DNA of 64,000 nucleotides from a virus: IMG/VR virus record IMGVR_UViG_3300013005_000034, positions 9,652-73,651 of that record. The stretch is one strand, 5' to 3'. Both the position numbers and the translations under genes were made by a program. Shown here one piece after another: positions 17,210 to 26,385 of the stretch (position 1 is its first letter; every line of letters begins with the position of its first letter). The notes under the pieces were generated by a model. That model was given only the letters and a program-made list of their open reading frames with translations. It was not told the DNA's origin and ran no database searches.

Positions 17210-17830
17210 ATGGAACACAAAATTTTAAACACAGGAGATTATCTGATAATAGTAGATGACTCAGAGATTAAAGAAGGTGATTGGATTAAACCAAACGCTT
17301 ATAACACAATTATTAAAGCAACAAAAGTTCATACAACAGAATTTGTTCGAAGTGGTGTATTAAATGATTGTAAAAAAATCATAGCACACTTACCACTCAA
17401 CAACTCACCAATACTTGAAGGTGTAATTCTTTTACCACCACTTGAAGATGAGGTTGATAAATTTGAATCCTTTTTAGATAGAGAAATAGAATTAGGATTA
17501 AATACAAAAGAAACTATTGATAGAATAAAATGGTATTATCAACAATATTTCAAATCCAAACAGAAAAATTACACAGAGGAGGATTTGATGAAGGCGATTG
17601 ATATGGCAAGAGAATACACTCCAGATGTAGTTGGATTTACAAAAGATGAAATCATACAATCCCTTAATCAACCCAAGATGCCTGTTAAGTTTGTGTGCGA
17701 GATGAAAAAAGATTATAGAAAAAATGATGATGGTGAACCAATAGGTTTACCTGTGCATGAAACTTATAAACCTAAAACAACAACCAACTCACAAGGTATT
17801 ATTCAATGGGTAGGGGAATATATTTATTAA
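17210..17830 (+). CDS. hypothetical protein, paralog of 1852-2430
   Basis: Shares conserved blocks with 1852-2430. Confidence 0.7.
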   Translation: MEHKILNTGDYLIIVDDSEIKEGDWIKPNAYNTIIKATKVHTTEFVRSGVLNDCKKIIAHLPLNNSPILEGVILLPPLEDEVDKFESFLDREIELGLNTKETIDRIKWYYQQYFKSKQKNYTEEDLMKAIDMAREYTPDVVGFTKDEIIQSLNQPKMPVKFVCEMKKDYRKNDDGEPIGLPVHETYKPKTTTNSQGIIQWVGEYIY

Positions 17831-17850
17831 ACAACTAAAAACAAATAAAT

Positions 17851-18105
17851 ATGAAAAAACAAACAGCAGTAGAATGGTTCATTGAGCAATTAACTAAAAA
17901 TCCTCTACCTCAAAGTAAAGATGAATTTATAGATGGAGATTTAGTAGATATTATAAATAAAGCCAAAGAAATGGAAAAGCAGCAGATTATTGATGCTATT
18001 GTGGATACTCAAAAAGAGTATATTATCCAAGCAAGTTGTTATCCACCACAATTTATTCTTGACAAAGCTTTTAATTATTATAAAGAAACATTTAAACAAG
18101 ATTAA
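17851..18105 (+). CDS. small phage protein (KQTAVEW...KAKEMEKQQI family)
   Basis: Motifs shared with 18389-18646; ends KQD*. Confidence 0.65.
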   Translation: MKKQTAVEWFIEQLTKNPLPQSKDEFIDGDLVDIINKAKEMEKQQIIDAIVDTQKEYIIQASCYPPQFILDKAFNYYKETFKQD

Positions 18106-18123
18106 TAACTAAAAATAAACAAA

Positions 18124-18366
18124 ATGGAAAAAGATGAAATGAAGTGTTTAAGTTGCAATAAAGTAATTAAAGCACGAAACTTAAAAAGACATAGTAAGGT
18201 AAAACTACACTTGAAAAATGTAGAAAAGAAAGTTAATATTATGAAAGAGTATTCATACGAACAGGTTTGCTCACATACAGATAAGTATTTTGTGGGCGGA
18301 GTTTTTGGTGGGTATTGGTGTCCAAAATGTAATAGAAATGTAGATAGTGAAATTAAACAAGATTAA
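18124..18366 (+). CDS. small Zn-finger protein
   Basis: CLSC...H...H and CSH...CPKC; ends KQD*. Confidence 0.6.
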   Translation: MEKDEMKCLSCNKVIKARNLKRHSKVKLHLKNVEKKVNIMKEYSYEQVCSHTDKYFVGGVFGGYWCPKCNRNVDSEIKQD

Positions 18367-18388
18367 TAACAACTAAAAACAAATAAAA

Positions 18389-18646
18389 ATGGAAACTAAA
18401 AAACAATCAGCAGTAGAATTTGCAGTGGAACAATTAGAAAAATTTATCCCTGAAGGTAATCAAATAGCTATTGATGCTATTTTAGAAAAAGCCAAAGCAA
18501 TGGAAAAACAACAAATTATGGGTCGAAAATATACAGAAAGACAACTTGATGATGCTATTAGTTACGGTATAAATAATGGCAGAAAAGGTGATGTTACTAT
18601 AACAGATATAGATAATTTTATCAACTCACTAAACAAACAAGACTAA
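18389..18646 (+). CDS. small phage protein (KQSAVEF...KAKAMEKQQI family)
   Basis: Paralog of 17851-18105; ends NKQD*. Confidence 0.65.
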   Translation: METKKQSAVEFAVEQLEKFIPEGNQIAIDAILEKAKAMEKQQIMGRKYTERQLDDAISYGINNGRKGDVTITDIDNFINSLNKQD

Positions 18647-18695
18647 TAACAACTAAAAACTAAAAACAAACAAGATTAATAAATAACAAAATAAC

Positions 18696-18944
18696 ATGAA
18701 AAACAACAAAAAACAAACAGAATGTCCTATGAATGAGAACGTATATGAAAATTGTGCAATAGGTAACAATTATAATGTAGATGGAACAAATTTTGAAATT
18801 CCTGAAGTATGGAATCCAACTTTTCAGTTAAGATGGAATAGAAAATTTATTCGCCAAACTTATCTTAACACATTAGAGCAACTTTGGATTAATAGTAATA
18901 CAGGTAGTGCAGAATGGAGAGATATACCACAAGTAGAAAATTAA
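18696..18944 (+). CDS. hypothetical protein
   Basis: PTFQLRW...LEQLW....G..EWRDIP. Confidence 0.6.
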   Translation: MKNNKKQTECPMNENVYENCAIGNNYNVDGTNFEIPEVWNPTFQLRWNRKFIRQTYLNTLEQLWINSNTGSAEWRDIPQVEN

Positions 18945-18960
18945 TTAAAAAATAAAAAAA

Positions 18961-19227
18961 ATGATTCAAAAATTTAGAAAAAAGCCAGTAGTAATTGAGG
19001 CAATTCAATTTACAAGACATAATTGGCAAGAAGTAAAACAGTTTACAAATAATACAGCTCGTGATTTAGTAAATATGACAAAAATTGAAGATAATTGGAC
19101 TTGTATTATTCCAACTCTTGAGGGTGAACATATAGCAACGGAGGGAGATTGGATTATCAAAGGAGTTAATAATGAATTTTATCCCTGTAAACCTGATATT
19201 TTTGAAAAAACTTACGAATTAGCATAA
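18961..19227 (+). CDS. conserved phage protein
   Basis: FRKKPVVIEAIQF...TLEG.....GDWIIKG...EFYPCKPDIF.KTY is a motif I recognise from many phages. Confidence 0.75.
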   Translation: MIQKFRKKPVVIEAIQFTRHNWQEVKQFTNNTARDLVNMTKIEDNWTCIIPTLEGEHIATEGDWIIKGVNNEFYPCKPDIFEKTYELA

Positions 19228-19250
19228 TACAAAAAATCAAACTAATAAGA

Positions 19251-19478
19251 ATGGAAGATAAATTATTTGAAACCGACTACACAAAAGAATTTTACAAGAT
19301 TGAAATTACTGTTTGTGAAAATGGAAATCTTTTTGGAGTAACGCAAATTGATAAAAACCATAAAATAACTTATGATTCAGTTATCGGAACTCTTGAAATT
19401 GTAAAAAACAATTATATCCAAAAACAAAGCGAGGAGAATAGAAAATTATATAATAAAACAAAAAAAGTAAAAAAATAA
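19251..19478 (+). CDS. hypothetical protein
   Basis: Operon ORF. Confidence 0.55.
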   Translation: MEDKLFETDYTKEFYKIEITVCENGNLFGVTQIDKNHKITYDSVIGTLEIVKNNYIQKQSEENRKLYNKTKKVKK

Positions 19479-19853
19479 ATGGAGGCAGCAACAATTTGGA
19501 CACCAAGCACAATAAAAGAGTGGCTGGAAGAAAGAATAGAATTTACAAATACAATTTTAAATTTAGCAGAAGTGATAGACGACAACCAAAAGGCACAAAT
19601 GGTTTCTGATTTTACTCTTGCTAATCAAAACTTTACTTATTGCTTAAAACTATACGATGAAAGAAGTAATGATGAGAATTTACGTTTATTCAAAAATTTG
19701 GCATTAAAATTACTTTTTGATATTTCTTACGAATTTGATAAGCAAGAAAATAAATGTGTTACTATTCATGGAATTACTTTTCCAACCAATGAAAAGTCAG
19801 ATTCTTTACCGCAGAGATTTTGGGATAATCAAAAAAGTGGAGAGATGCTTTAA
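19479..19853 (+). CDS. hypothetical protein
   Basis: Operon ORF. Confidence 0.55.
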   Translation: MEAATIWTPSTIKEWLEERIEFTNTILNLAEVIDDNQKAQMVSDFTLANQNFTYCLKLYDERSNDENLRLFKNLALKLLFDISYEFDKQENKCVTIHGITFPTNEKSDSLPQRFWDNQKSGEML

Positions 19854-20069
19854 GTAATATTTATAATCAAATTATTTCACTATAATAAAAAATAAAAAAT
19901 GGAATTAAAAATTTTCAAAATCGTAATTTTTTTAGCGTTATTTATTTTCGCTATTAACTTATCAATTAAAATATTCAACACTTATGATGCTTGGCTTGGT
20001 ATAGGTATGGGCATAGTGAGTTTTGGTTTTATAATTGTAATCATTAAGCAAATTGGAAAACTATTTTAA

Positions 20070-20580
20070 TATGAAAGAATTAATTACAATAGCCTTATTT
20101 TTATCAAGCATTATAGTTGGCGCACAAACTCCATTAGAAGATAGATACGATGTGTTTGATAGCATTTCTAATGATGGAATTGAATTTATACCTAAATACG
20201 AAGGAGCATTTGTTGATTCTGAAAACAGGAGTGATACAATTGTTGTTTATCCTTACATTTGTTACTATGAGTTTGAAGGATTTAAAATCGAAGGGATTTG
20301 GTTTCATTTTTTAAATAAGTTTGAGAAAGTTAAAAATGCTGATTTTGTTTTTGAAAAAGAAACAATCTCTTTACATACTTGCAAATCTCAAAATCAAACT
20401 AAATTTAATAAAAAATATATCATGTCAGCAAAAAGCAAGGTTAAGCCAAATGCTTTTTTAACGCCATTATACATGATTAACTTTAATAGTAAAACTTATA
20501 TTCCTGTAAATAATTGCGATGTCTATTTTATATATATGCTTAATGTAATTGAAGATTTAAAGTCTAACTGGTTAAAATAG
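20070..20580 (+). CDS. secreted hypothetical protein
   Basis: Signal-peptide-like MKELITIALFLSSIIVGAQ; start position approximate. Confidence 0.55.
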
Positions 20581-20620
20581 GGAATTAAAAAACAAAAAAA
20601 CAACTAAAAAACTAAAAAAA

Positions 20621-21505
20621 ATGACACTATTAAGCGAACAATTTAACGAAAAACCAACAGTAAACTATGATTTAAAAGTAAACTCTGTTGAAGTTTTTGA
20701 GGCAGACACAAGAGCAAACATTGACATTCAGGTTAGCACAGCAAAAAAATACAAGAGGCATTTACCAACAGTTCTTGAAAATATATTATTTCTTGCAACC
20801 CAAGACAAAGAAACAGCAGAAAATTGTTTCTATGCTTTAAAAAGAGATGGCAAAGTAATTCGTGGAGCAAGTATAAGATTAGCCGAAATTATTTCTAATT
20901 GCTATGGTAATTTGAGAGCAAGTGCAAGAATTATTGCTAATGATGGAAAGTTAGTAACTGCACAAGGACTTTGCTGGGATTTAGAAAACAATGTAGCATA
21001 TTCGGTAGAAGTTAGAAGAAAGATAACCAATAAAGATGGAAAACCTTTTAGTGAGGATATGCAAGTCGTTACATCAAATGCAGCTTGTGCTATTGCTATT
21101 CGTAATGCAGTATTCAAGTGTATTCCTTTAGCTTTAACCAGTAGAGTTCAGGATAAGATTAAGCAAGTAATGATGGGAGAGGAAAAAGATTTTTCTACTA
21201 TTAGAAAAAATGCAGTTGATTATTTTGAAAAACAAGGAGTTGGTGTAAAAAATATACTTGCTTTATTTGAGAAAAAATCAGTAGAAGAACTAACGAGAGA
21301 AGATGTTTTTGATTTAAGAGGTATAGCAACAGCGATAAAAGATGGCGATACTACTATTGAACAAGCATTTTCAGTAGCTCCAAAATCAAATCCATTCGGT
21401 AAGGCATCAAAGATTTTATCTATTCCACAAGATGAAAAAGAAGAAGAAATTTTAGTGGTAAAAGAAGAACAAGTTAAAATTGAATTAGATGATAATACCA
21501 AATGA
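20621..21505 (+). CDS. putative recombination / single-strand annealing protein
   Basis: QVSTAKKY.R...CFY...R.GK.I.G.SIRLAE...YGN pattern with an acidic C-terminal tail; function inferred. Confidence 0.5.
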   Translation: MTLLSEQFNEKPTVNYDLKVNSVEVFEADTRANIDIQVSTAKKYKRHLPTVLENILFLATQDKETAENCFYALKRDGKVIRGASIRLAEIISNCYGNLRASARIIANDGKLVTAQGLCWDLENNVAYSVEVRRKITNKDGKPFSEDMQVVTSNAACAIAIRNAVFKCIPLALTSRVQDKIKQVMMGEEKDFSTIRKNAVDYFEKQGVGVKNILALFEKKSVEELTREDVFDLRGIATAIKDGDTTIEQAFSVAPKSNPFGKASKILSIPQDEKEEEILVVKEEQVKIELDDNTK

Positions 21506-21719
21506 GGATTTTCTTTCTGAAAACAAATCTGAATATCAGGAATACGAAAAATTAAATGCTTATCAAAAGAAATGTTTGAGTGCAACAAACTATTGGCGAG
21601 TTATGAGTGGTTTAAAAGAAATTAAAGTTCCTGCCGAAGATGTTGATTATTACAAATATTTTAACAGAAGTTGTTTTGATAAATACAATAAAAAGGTAAA
21701 GTATGCCAAATTCGTTTGA
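21489..21719 (+). CDS. hypothetical protein
   Basis: Overlapping operon ORF. Confidence 0.5.
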   Translation: MIIPNEDFLSENKSEYQEYEKLNAYQKKCLSATNYWRVMSGLKEIKVPAEDVDYYKYFNRSCFDKYNKKVKYAKFV

Positions 21720-22203
21720 AAAATACCTATCAATTGAAGATTTAGAACATATTCGGGTAGTTAATTACATAAAAGACAAACTACCCGAAATTGTTGCATT
21801 TCATGTTCCCAATGAGGGAAAGAAGTCGCCTTTTGAACGCTATAAACATAGTTTGATGGGCGCACTAAAAGGTTGCCCTGACTTTGCTTTTATGTTTCCT
21901 AAATACAAATCTTTAGATTCAAAAGAAATACTTTATCATGGATTTTTTATTGAATTAAAAGCTCCCGAACATAGCAAAGTTGTTTTAAAAGGCAAAGATG
22001 CAGGTAAATTAGTTAAAAGAAAAGGTAAGTTAAGTCCTGAACAAAAGGAAGTTTTGGATAAACTGACTAATATAGGTTATTATTCGGTTTGTTGTTTTGG
22101 TTCGGAGGATGCTATAAAAGTAATCAATGAATACTTTGCTGAATATTTAGAGTTGAAAAAAAAATTAAGGTTAAAAGAAATTTTTAAAAATAAAATTGAT
22201 TAA
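21703..22203 (+). CDS. VRR-NUC domain nuclease
   Basis: FHVPNEG...G.PD...FIELKA...LS.EQ. Confidence 0.8.
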   Translation: MPNSFEKYLSIEDLEHIRVVNYIKDKLPEIVAFHVPNEGKKSPFERYKHSLMGALKGCPDFAFMFPKYKSLDSKEILYHGFFIELKAPEHSKVVLKGKDAGKLVKRKGKLSPEQKEVLDKLTNIGYYSVCCFGSEDAIKVINEYFAEYLELKKKLRLKEIFKNKID

Positions 22204-22220
22204 TATTGCTAAAAGTAAAA

Positions 22221-22493
22221 ATGGAAATTTTTAGATTAAACCACGATGAAATTCCCGAAGAATATTTTGTAATTCGAGTAGATAATTCATACCAATACCT
22301 ACATTTTGAAAATAATAGTTTCTTTTTTAAAGAAAGATTTCATGGCTGCTTTGTTACTTCAAATGAAATAGCTGATGAAATAATAAATCATATAAAAGAT
22401 ATTTCAGAAAGTAAACAGAAAATAAAAAAAGTGAAATTTAATAATGCTTATAAAAAGCATGGTATTTTAGAGAAACAAGTTTTTTACAATTAA
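22221..22493 (+). CDS. hypothetical protein
   Basis: Likely start ATG 22221. Confidence 0.5.
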   Translation: MEIFRLNHDEIPEEYFVIRVDNSYQYLHFENNSFFFKERFHGCFVTSNEIADEIINHIKDISESKQKIKKVKFNNAYKKHGILEKQVFYN

Positions 22494-22505
22494 AATTTAT
22501 TTAAA

Positions 22506-23216
22506 ATGATTAGAGTAACTAAACCCGAAAAGTGGAAAGATACTTTCTTTCTTAATCTGAAACCTATTGAAAAATTAGTTTTCATTTACATTTACGAAAA
22601 CTGCGATGATGCAGGTTTTTTTGATATTAACTTTAGTAGAATGACAACTGATATAGGAATTGATAATAAAACTATATCTGAATCATTAAACAAGTTAGAG
22701 AAAACATACTTAACCAGTGTTGATGCTGATAGGATTTGGTTAAAGAAATTTTTATTACACCAAAATAGATTACCATTAGATTTATCTTCGACAGAGGGTA
22801 ACTTTATAAAGTTTCAAATTGAAAGTAATATCATTAAATTCAATAATCCAAAAGATTTTCAAGATATTCTAAATAACATTAAAAAGAAAACAACAAAAGT
22901 TAAATCAGAATTTATAAAACCATCTATTGAACAAGTTGTAGAAAGTTTTAGAGCAGGAGAATGGTCTTTTGTTCCTGAATATGAAATTGTTTCTATTTTT
23001 GATTATTACGAAAGTGTTGGTTGGAAAGTAGGAAAAAAACCTATGGCTGATTGGAAAAAAGCATTTATAGGTTGTTTTAGGAGAGGTATGAGTAAAAATA
23101 AATACAAACAAAATGACAACAAGTCAGCACCAAGCAAAATGGATATGATTATTAAAGGAAATGAAAAGATTAATGGATTTGACTTTAACACCTTATTACA
23201 AAAGGAAAAGCCCTAA
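22506..23216 (+). CDS. phage replication initiator-like protein
   Basis: N-terminal wHTH-like W.D..F..L...EKL.F.Y...CD.AG; C-terminal F.KPS...FDYYES.GWKVGK.PM.DWK. Confidence 0.7.
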   Translation: MIRVTKPEKWKDTFFLNLKPIEKLVFIYIYENCDDAGFFDINFSRMTTDIGIDNKTISESLNKLEKTYLTSVDADRIWLKKFLLHQNRLPLDLSSTEGNFIKFQIESNIIKFNNPKDFQDILNNIKKKTTKVKSEFIKPSIEQVVESFRAGEWSFVPEYEIVSIFDYYESVGWKVGKKPMADWKKAFIGCFRRGMSKNKYKQNDNKSAPSKMDMIIKGNEKINGFDFNTLLQKEKP

Positions 23217-23279
23217 ATTAATAGGGCTAATCTGAATAAAAATACAAACTAATTGAAACATGAAAATCGTTGCTAATTT

Positions 23280-24182
23280 ATGGAAAACAATCAAATAATC
23301 CAAACAGAAAACACAAATATTCAAATAAAAACTTTAGATAATACTTTAGTTTATGGAGATTTAACATTAAACGACATTAAGAATAGTTCAATTTCCAAAG
23401 CTAATAAGGAAATTATTATATCTAAATTTGGAGAAAAGCAAATAAAACATTTAGACCCAAACTATGCAGGAGAGAAATTAAAAACTGCTATTAACCTTAC
23501 AATATTTGAATCAGGATTTAAAGTAGATAATATTTCTGAACTTATACTAATGATTATTAAAGATATATTTACAGATTTCAGTCATCTTACTATTTCGGAG
23601 TGTAGTATAGCTTTTAGGAATGGAGTAAGAGGTTTGTTAGGTGATTTTATGGGTTTATCGGTTAGGACTTTTTACAATTGGTTAATTACATATAATGAAA
23701 CAATAAAAGCCGAAGCGATAAAACAACTTCAATATATCAGAAAAGAAAAAGTAATAACCGATGAAGATAAAGAAAGAATAAAATGGGAATGGTTAAATAC
23801 TTTTATTAAAGATTTTGAATTATATAAAAAAGAAGGAGTTATTGAGCAATTAGATTTTAATAATGGTTTTTATGAATATTGCGTAAAAACTGGAATAGGA
23901 TATTTGACTATTAAAGAAAAACTTGAAATTAAAGAGTTAGCTAAAAAAAGAATATTAAGTGCTAATAATGTTTTAAACGCAAAAAATTCAGATGAAAGGA
24001 AATCTTTTAAATCAATAGTAAGTTCGATAGCCAATAATACATATAATAAAACTGCTGAAATTCAAATTGTTTCAGAATCTAAAAGAATTGCTCTTAAAAT
24101 AATTTACGATAAATTAATTGAAAAGGAAATTGATTTACGAAAAGCTGTAATTGAATACGAAGAAAAAGAAAAGGCGAATTAA
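23280..24182 (+). CDS. putative helicase loader / replication accessory protein
   Basis: Follows the initiator; F..LT..E...AF..G..G..G.F.GL...T...W pattern. Confidence 0.5.
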   Translation: MENNQIIQTENTNIQIKTLDNTLVYGDLTLNDIKNSSISKANKEIIISKFGEKQIKHLDPNYAGEKLKTAINLTIFESGFKVDNISELILMIIKDIFTDFSHLTISECSIAFRNGVRGLLGDFMGLSVRTFYNWLITYNETIKAEAIKQLQYIRKEKVITDEDKERIKWEWLNTFIKDFELYKKEGVIEQLDFNNGFYEYCVKTGIGYLTIKEKLEIKELAKKRILSANNVLNAKNSDERKSFKSIVSSIANNTYNKTAEIQIVSESKRIALKIIYDKLIEKEIDLRKAVIEYEEKEKAN

Positions 24183-24191
24183 TTTCGCCTT
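24171..24191. terminator. bidirectional intrinsic terminator at the convergence of the two arms
   Basis: AAGGCGAA-ttaat-TTCGCCTT with an A-rich 5' flank and T-rich 3' flank between convergent stop codons. Confidence 0.8.
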
Positions 24192-24519
24192 ATTTTTTTT
24201 TGTTACCTAATCCTTTCCAAAATTTGCACCAAGCATCGTAATCTACATCACCTCTTACCCAAGAGCAAATACCTGCTTTTCTCAATGGCTGAACATAATA
24301 ATATTTACAATTACCACAAAATACATTAGGGTATGGAGTTGGGTCTGCATACTTTGAATCTTTTTTACTCATTTTGTAAGGTGGAGTTCCTTTGCCATCT
24401 CCTAACACAAACCATAAGAAAGGATTTTTGCTCATATATTCCTCTCCCATTTTTCTGTAAGCATCCCAAGCTGTTTTAATCCATTCGGGAGCATTTTTTA
24501 AAGCATCTGTATAATCCAT
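24190..24519 (-). CDS. HiPIP-like iron-sulfur protein
   Basis: Y......CGNCKYY...CSWVRG.V...AWCKFW Cys/aromatic pattern. Confidence 0.6.
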   Translation of the reverse strand: MDYTDALKNAPEWIKTAWDAYRKMGEEYMSKNPFLWFVLGDGKGTPPYKMSKKDSKYADPTPYPNVFCGNCKYYYVQPLRKAGICSWVRGDVDYDAWCKFWKGLGNKKK

Positions 24520-24520
24520 T

Positions 24521-24697
24521 TTACTTTATTTTACTTTTTTCTATTTCGTTTTTTAAATGTTTTCTTTGTTTCATTGTTAAATCAATCAAAAGCAAAGTTG
24601 ATACAATTGTTAAAACAATAGATGCTATTGCTAAACCTCTTTCCCCTTTAAACCCTTGACCTGTATAATTTTGCATAGGACTTCTGTTAATTGTCAT
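24521..24697 (-). CDS. small single-TM protein
   Basis: 58-aa ORF not in track; LAIASIVLTIVSTLLLI. Confidence 0.55.
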   Translation of the reverse strand: MTINRSPMQNYTGQGFKGERGLAIASIVLTIVSTLLLIDLTMKQRKHLKNEIEKSKIK

Positions 24698-24714
24698 TTT
24701 ATTTTCTATTAATG

Positions 24715-25116
24715 TTATTTGCTTTTTAATAAGTTGCTTAAAATTTCGTGCGCTTTATCATCAACAAGTTGTTTCCAATCTTCCTGACCTGTTTTTATTT
24801 GATTTCTTATATTGGTAGCAGAAATATTTGCTATTTCTCCGCTAACTTTAATTTCTTTTACTTCATATCCTACACCACGCCCATAATTTACAGAAGCTAT
24901 ATCAGGAATGATAATTACTTTAACTAATTCATTACCCTCATATATTTTTTCCCAAATACTTTTAACTTCTTCGGCTGTCAATGGATTACTTTCGTCTGTT
25001 GCTACATCACGAATAGCTATCATAATTGGCAAACCTTTGTTAAGGTATTCATTGAAAATTGTTTGGTGTCCTTTGTGTGGGCTTTGGTATCTACCAATAA
25101 ATAAATTATATTTCAT
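24715..25116 (-). CDS. HxGH nucleotidyltransferase (cytidylyl/adenylyltransferase-like)
   Basis: FIGRYQSPHKGH, YGRGVGY and ISAT.IR motifs. Confidence 0.75.
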   Translation of the reverse strand: MKYNLFIGRYQSPHKGHQTIFNEYLNKGLPIMIAIRDVATDESNPLTAEEVKSIWEKIYEGNELVKVIIIPDIASVNYGRGVGYEVKEIKVSGEIANISATNIRNQIKTGQEDWKQLVDDKAHEILSNLLKSK

Positions 25117-25141
25117 AGTGTTTTAGTTTTTGTAAATATAA

Positions 25142-25807
25142 TTATTTTTTATTAATTACCTGACTACCAATATATCCTGCACCCAATCCTATTGCAAAAT
25201 TAACCCACATCTTTTCATACCACTTCTTTTTTGGCTCATAAACATAACCACTTATATTTGAAGTTACTATGTATGGATTTGAGTTATTTACATCAACAAC
25301 TAATTTATTTTTTAATTTTAAAAACCCCTCTCTTTTTTCTCCAATAACAATTTTTGATTCATTAGGTATTTTTAAACTATCTATTGTTAAACCAGTATTT
25401 GAAACTTTAGTATAAAATTGAAAATCTTTATTAATCTTATTTGCTGAAAACGGTTTAAAGTCGCAAGGTATAATTCTATCAAACGGAACTACTATTTCTT
25501 TTATTATTGTAGTTTCCCTTAAAGTTACAGCACCATTTATAACTTTAAATTGTTTTATCCAATCCATTAATGTATCATTTGTTGCAAGTAAAGTTCTCAT
25601 TTGTTTTTGAGAATTTAATGATAACGCTCTATTTGTGTTTATTTCAAGACCAAGTTTTGTTTTATAAACTTGCGCTTCTGTTTTATAATTTGAAATATCA
25701 TCAATCAAATCATCTACCTTTTTTTGATTACAACCCTCTCTGAATAATAAAACTATAAGAATTATTATTATAAAAAAAGAATATATTTTATTTAAGTCAA
25801 ATCTCAT
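25142..25807 (-). CDS. membrane protein, spanin-like lysis accessory
   Basis: N-terminal TM, coiled coil and C-terminal KKKWYE plus TM; lysis-gene context. Confidence 0.5.
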   Translation of the reverse strand: MRFDLNKIYSFFIIIILIVLLFREGCNQKKVDDLIDDISNYKTEAQVYKTKLGLEINTNRALSLNSQKQMRTLLATNDTLMDWIKQFKVINGAVTLRETTIIKEIVVPFDRIIPCDFKPFSANKINKDFQFYTKVSNTGLTIDSLKIPNESKIVIGEKREGFLKLKNKLVVDVNNSNPYIVTSNISGYVYEPKKKWYEKMWVNFAIGLGAGYIGSQVINKK

Positions 25808-25808
25808 T

Positions 25809-26126
25809 TCAATTATTTTTAACTCTACTTGCGTACATATTCATTAATGACTTGAACAAACTTTGAGTTTGATAACCTGCTAAAACGGCAGTAGCTTTAT
25901 TGATAGGGAATATGTCTTTTAAACTGCTATCTGTTAATACAACTAAAATAACAGGTATCATAATTAAACTTGCAACTATTGTATATATGTTCTTTTTAAC
26001 ATGACTTTTTAGTTTAAAGTCGGGAGTTTGATTTAAGTCAGCAACCTTTAATAGAATGTGAATAGCCATTCCTGCGTAAGCAAGTAACCAATGTATTAAA
26101 TCTATTCCTAAAAAAATTTTGTCCAT
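25809..26126 (-). CDS. putative holin
   Basis: 105 aa with 2-3 TM segments, near the endolysin. Confidence 0.55.
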   Translation of the reverse strand: MDKIFLGIDLIHWLLAYAGMAIHILLKVADLNQTPDFKLKSHVKKNIYTIVASLIMIPVILVVLTDSSLKDIFPINKATAVLAGYQTQSLFKSLMNMYASRVKNN

Positions 26127-26131
26127 TTTGT

Positions 26132-26368
26132 TTATTTGTTTTGTTTTATAATATAAGGGGGATATATTCTAACTATACCACCATCACTATTTTTATAACA
26201 TAAAGTATCACTATCAAAACTTATACTATCCGTATTCCAAATAGCATATTTCAAACCAACTTTTGTATCAACCCAACCTGAAATTTGATATTTATAATCT
26301 CCTTCTTTACAAAAGTTTAATGTCAAAGTTAAAAAACAAAGCGTTAGTATTTTAATTAAATTATACAC
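26132..26368 (-). CDS. small secreted/lipoprotein
   Basis: Signal peptide with Cys; GTG start. Confidence 0.5.
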   Translation of the reverse strand: MYNLIKILTLCFLTLTLNFCKEGDYKYQISGWVDTKVGLKYAIWNTDSISFDSDTLCYKNSDGGIVRIYPPYIIKQNK

Positions 26369-26385
26369 TTCAAGATATTAGTGAA

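Noticed and set aside
1852-17830. Diversity-generating retroelement template/variable repeat pair
   Set aside because: No reverse transcriptase in the window; both copies are coding and differences are not adenine-specific
1482-23191. Minus-strand ORFs in the left arm and plus-strand ORFs in the right arm
   Set aside because: They overlap better-supported genes on the opposite strand and have the F/L/S-rich composition typical of antisense frames
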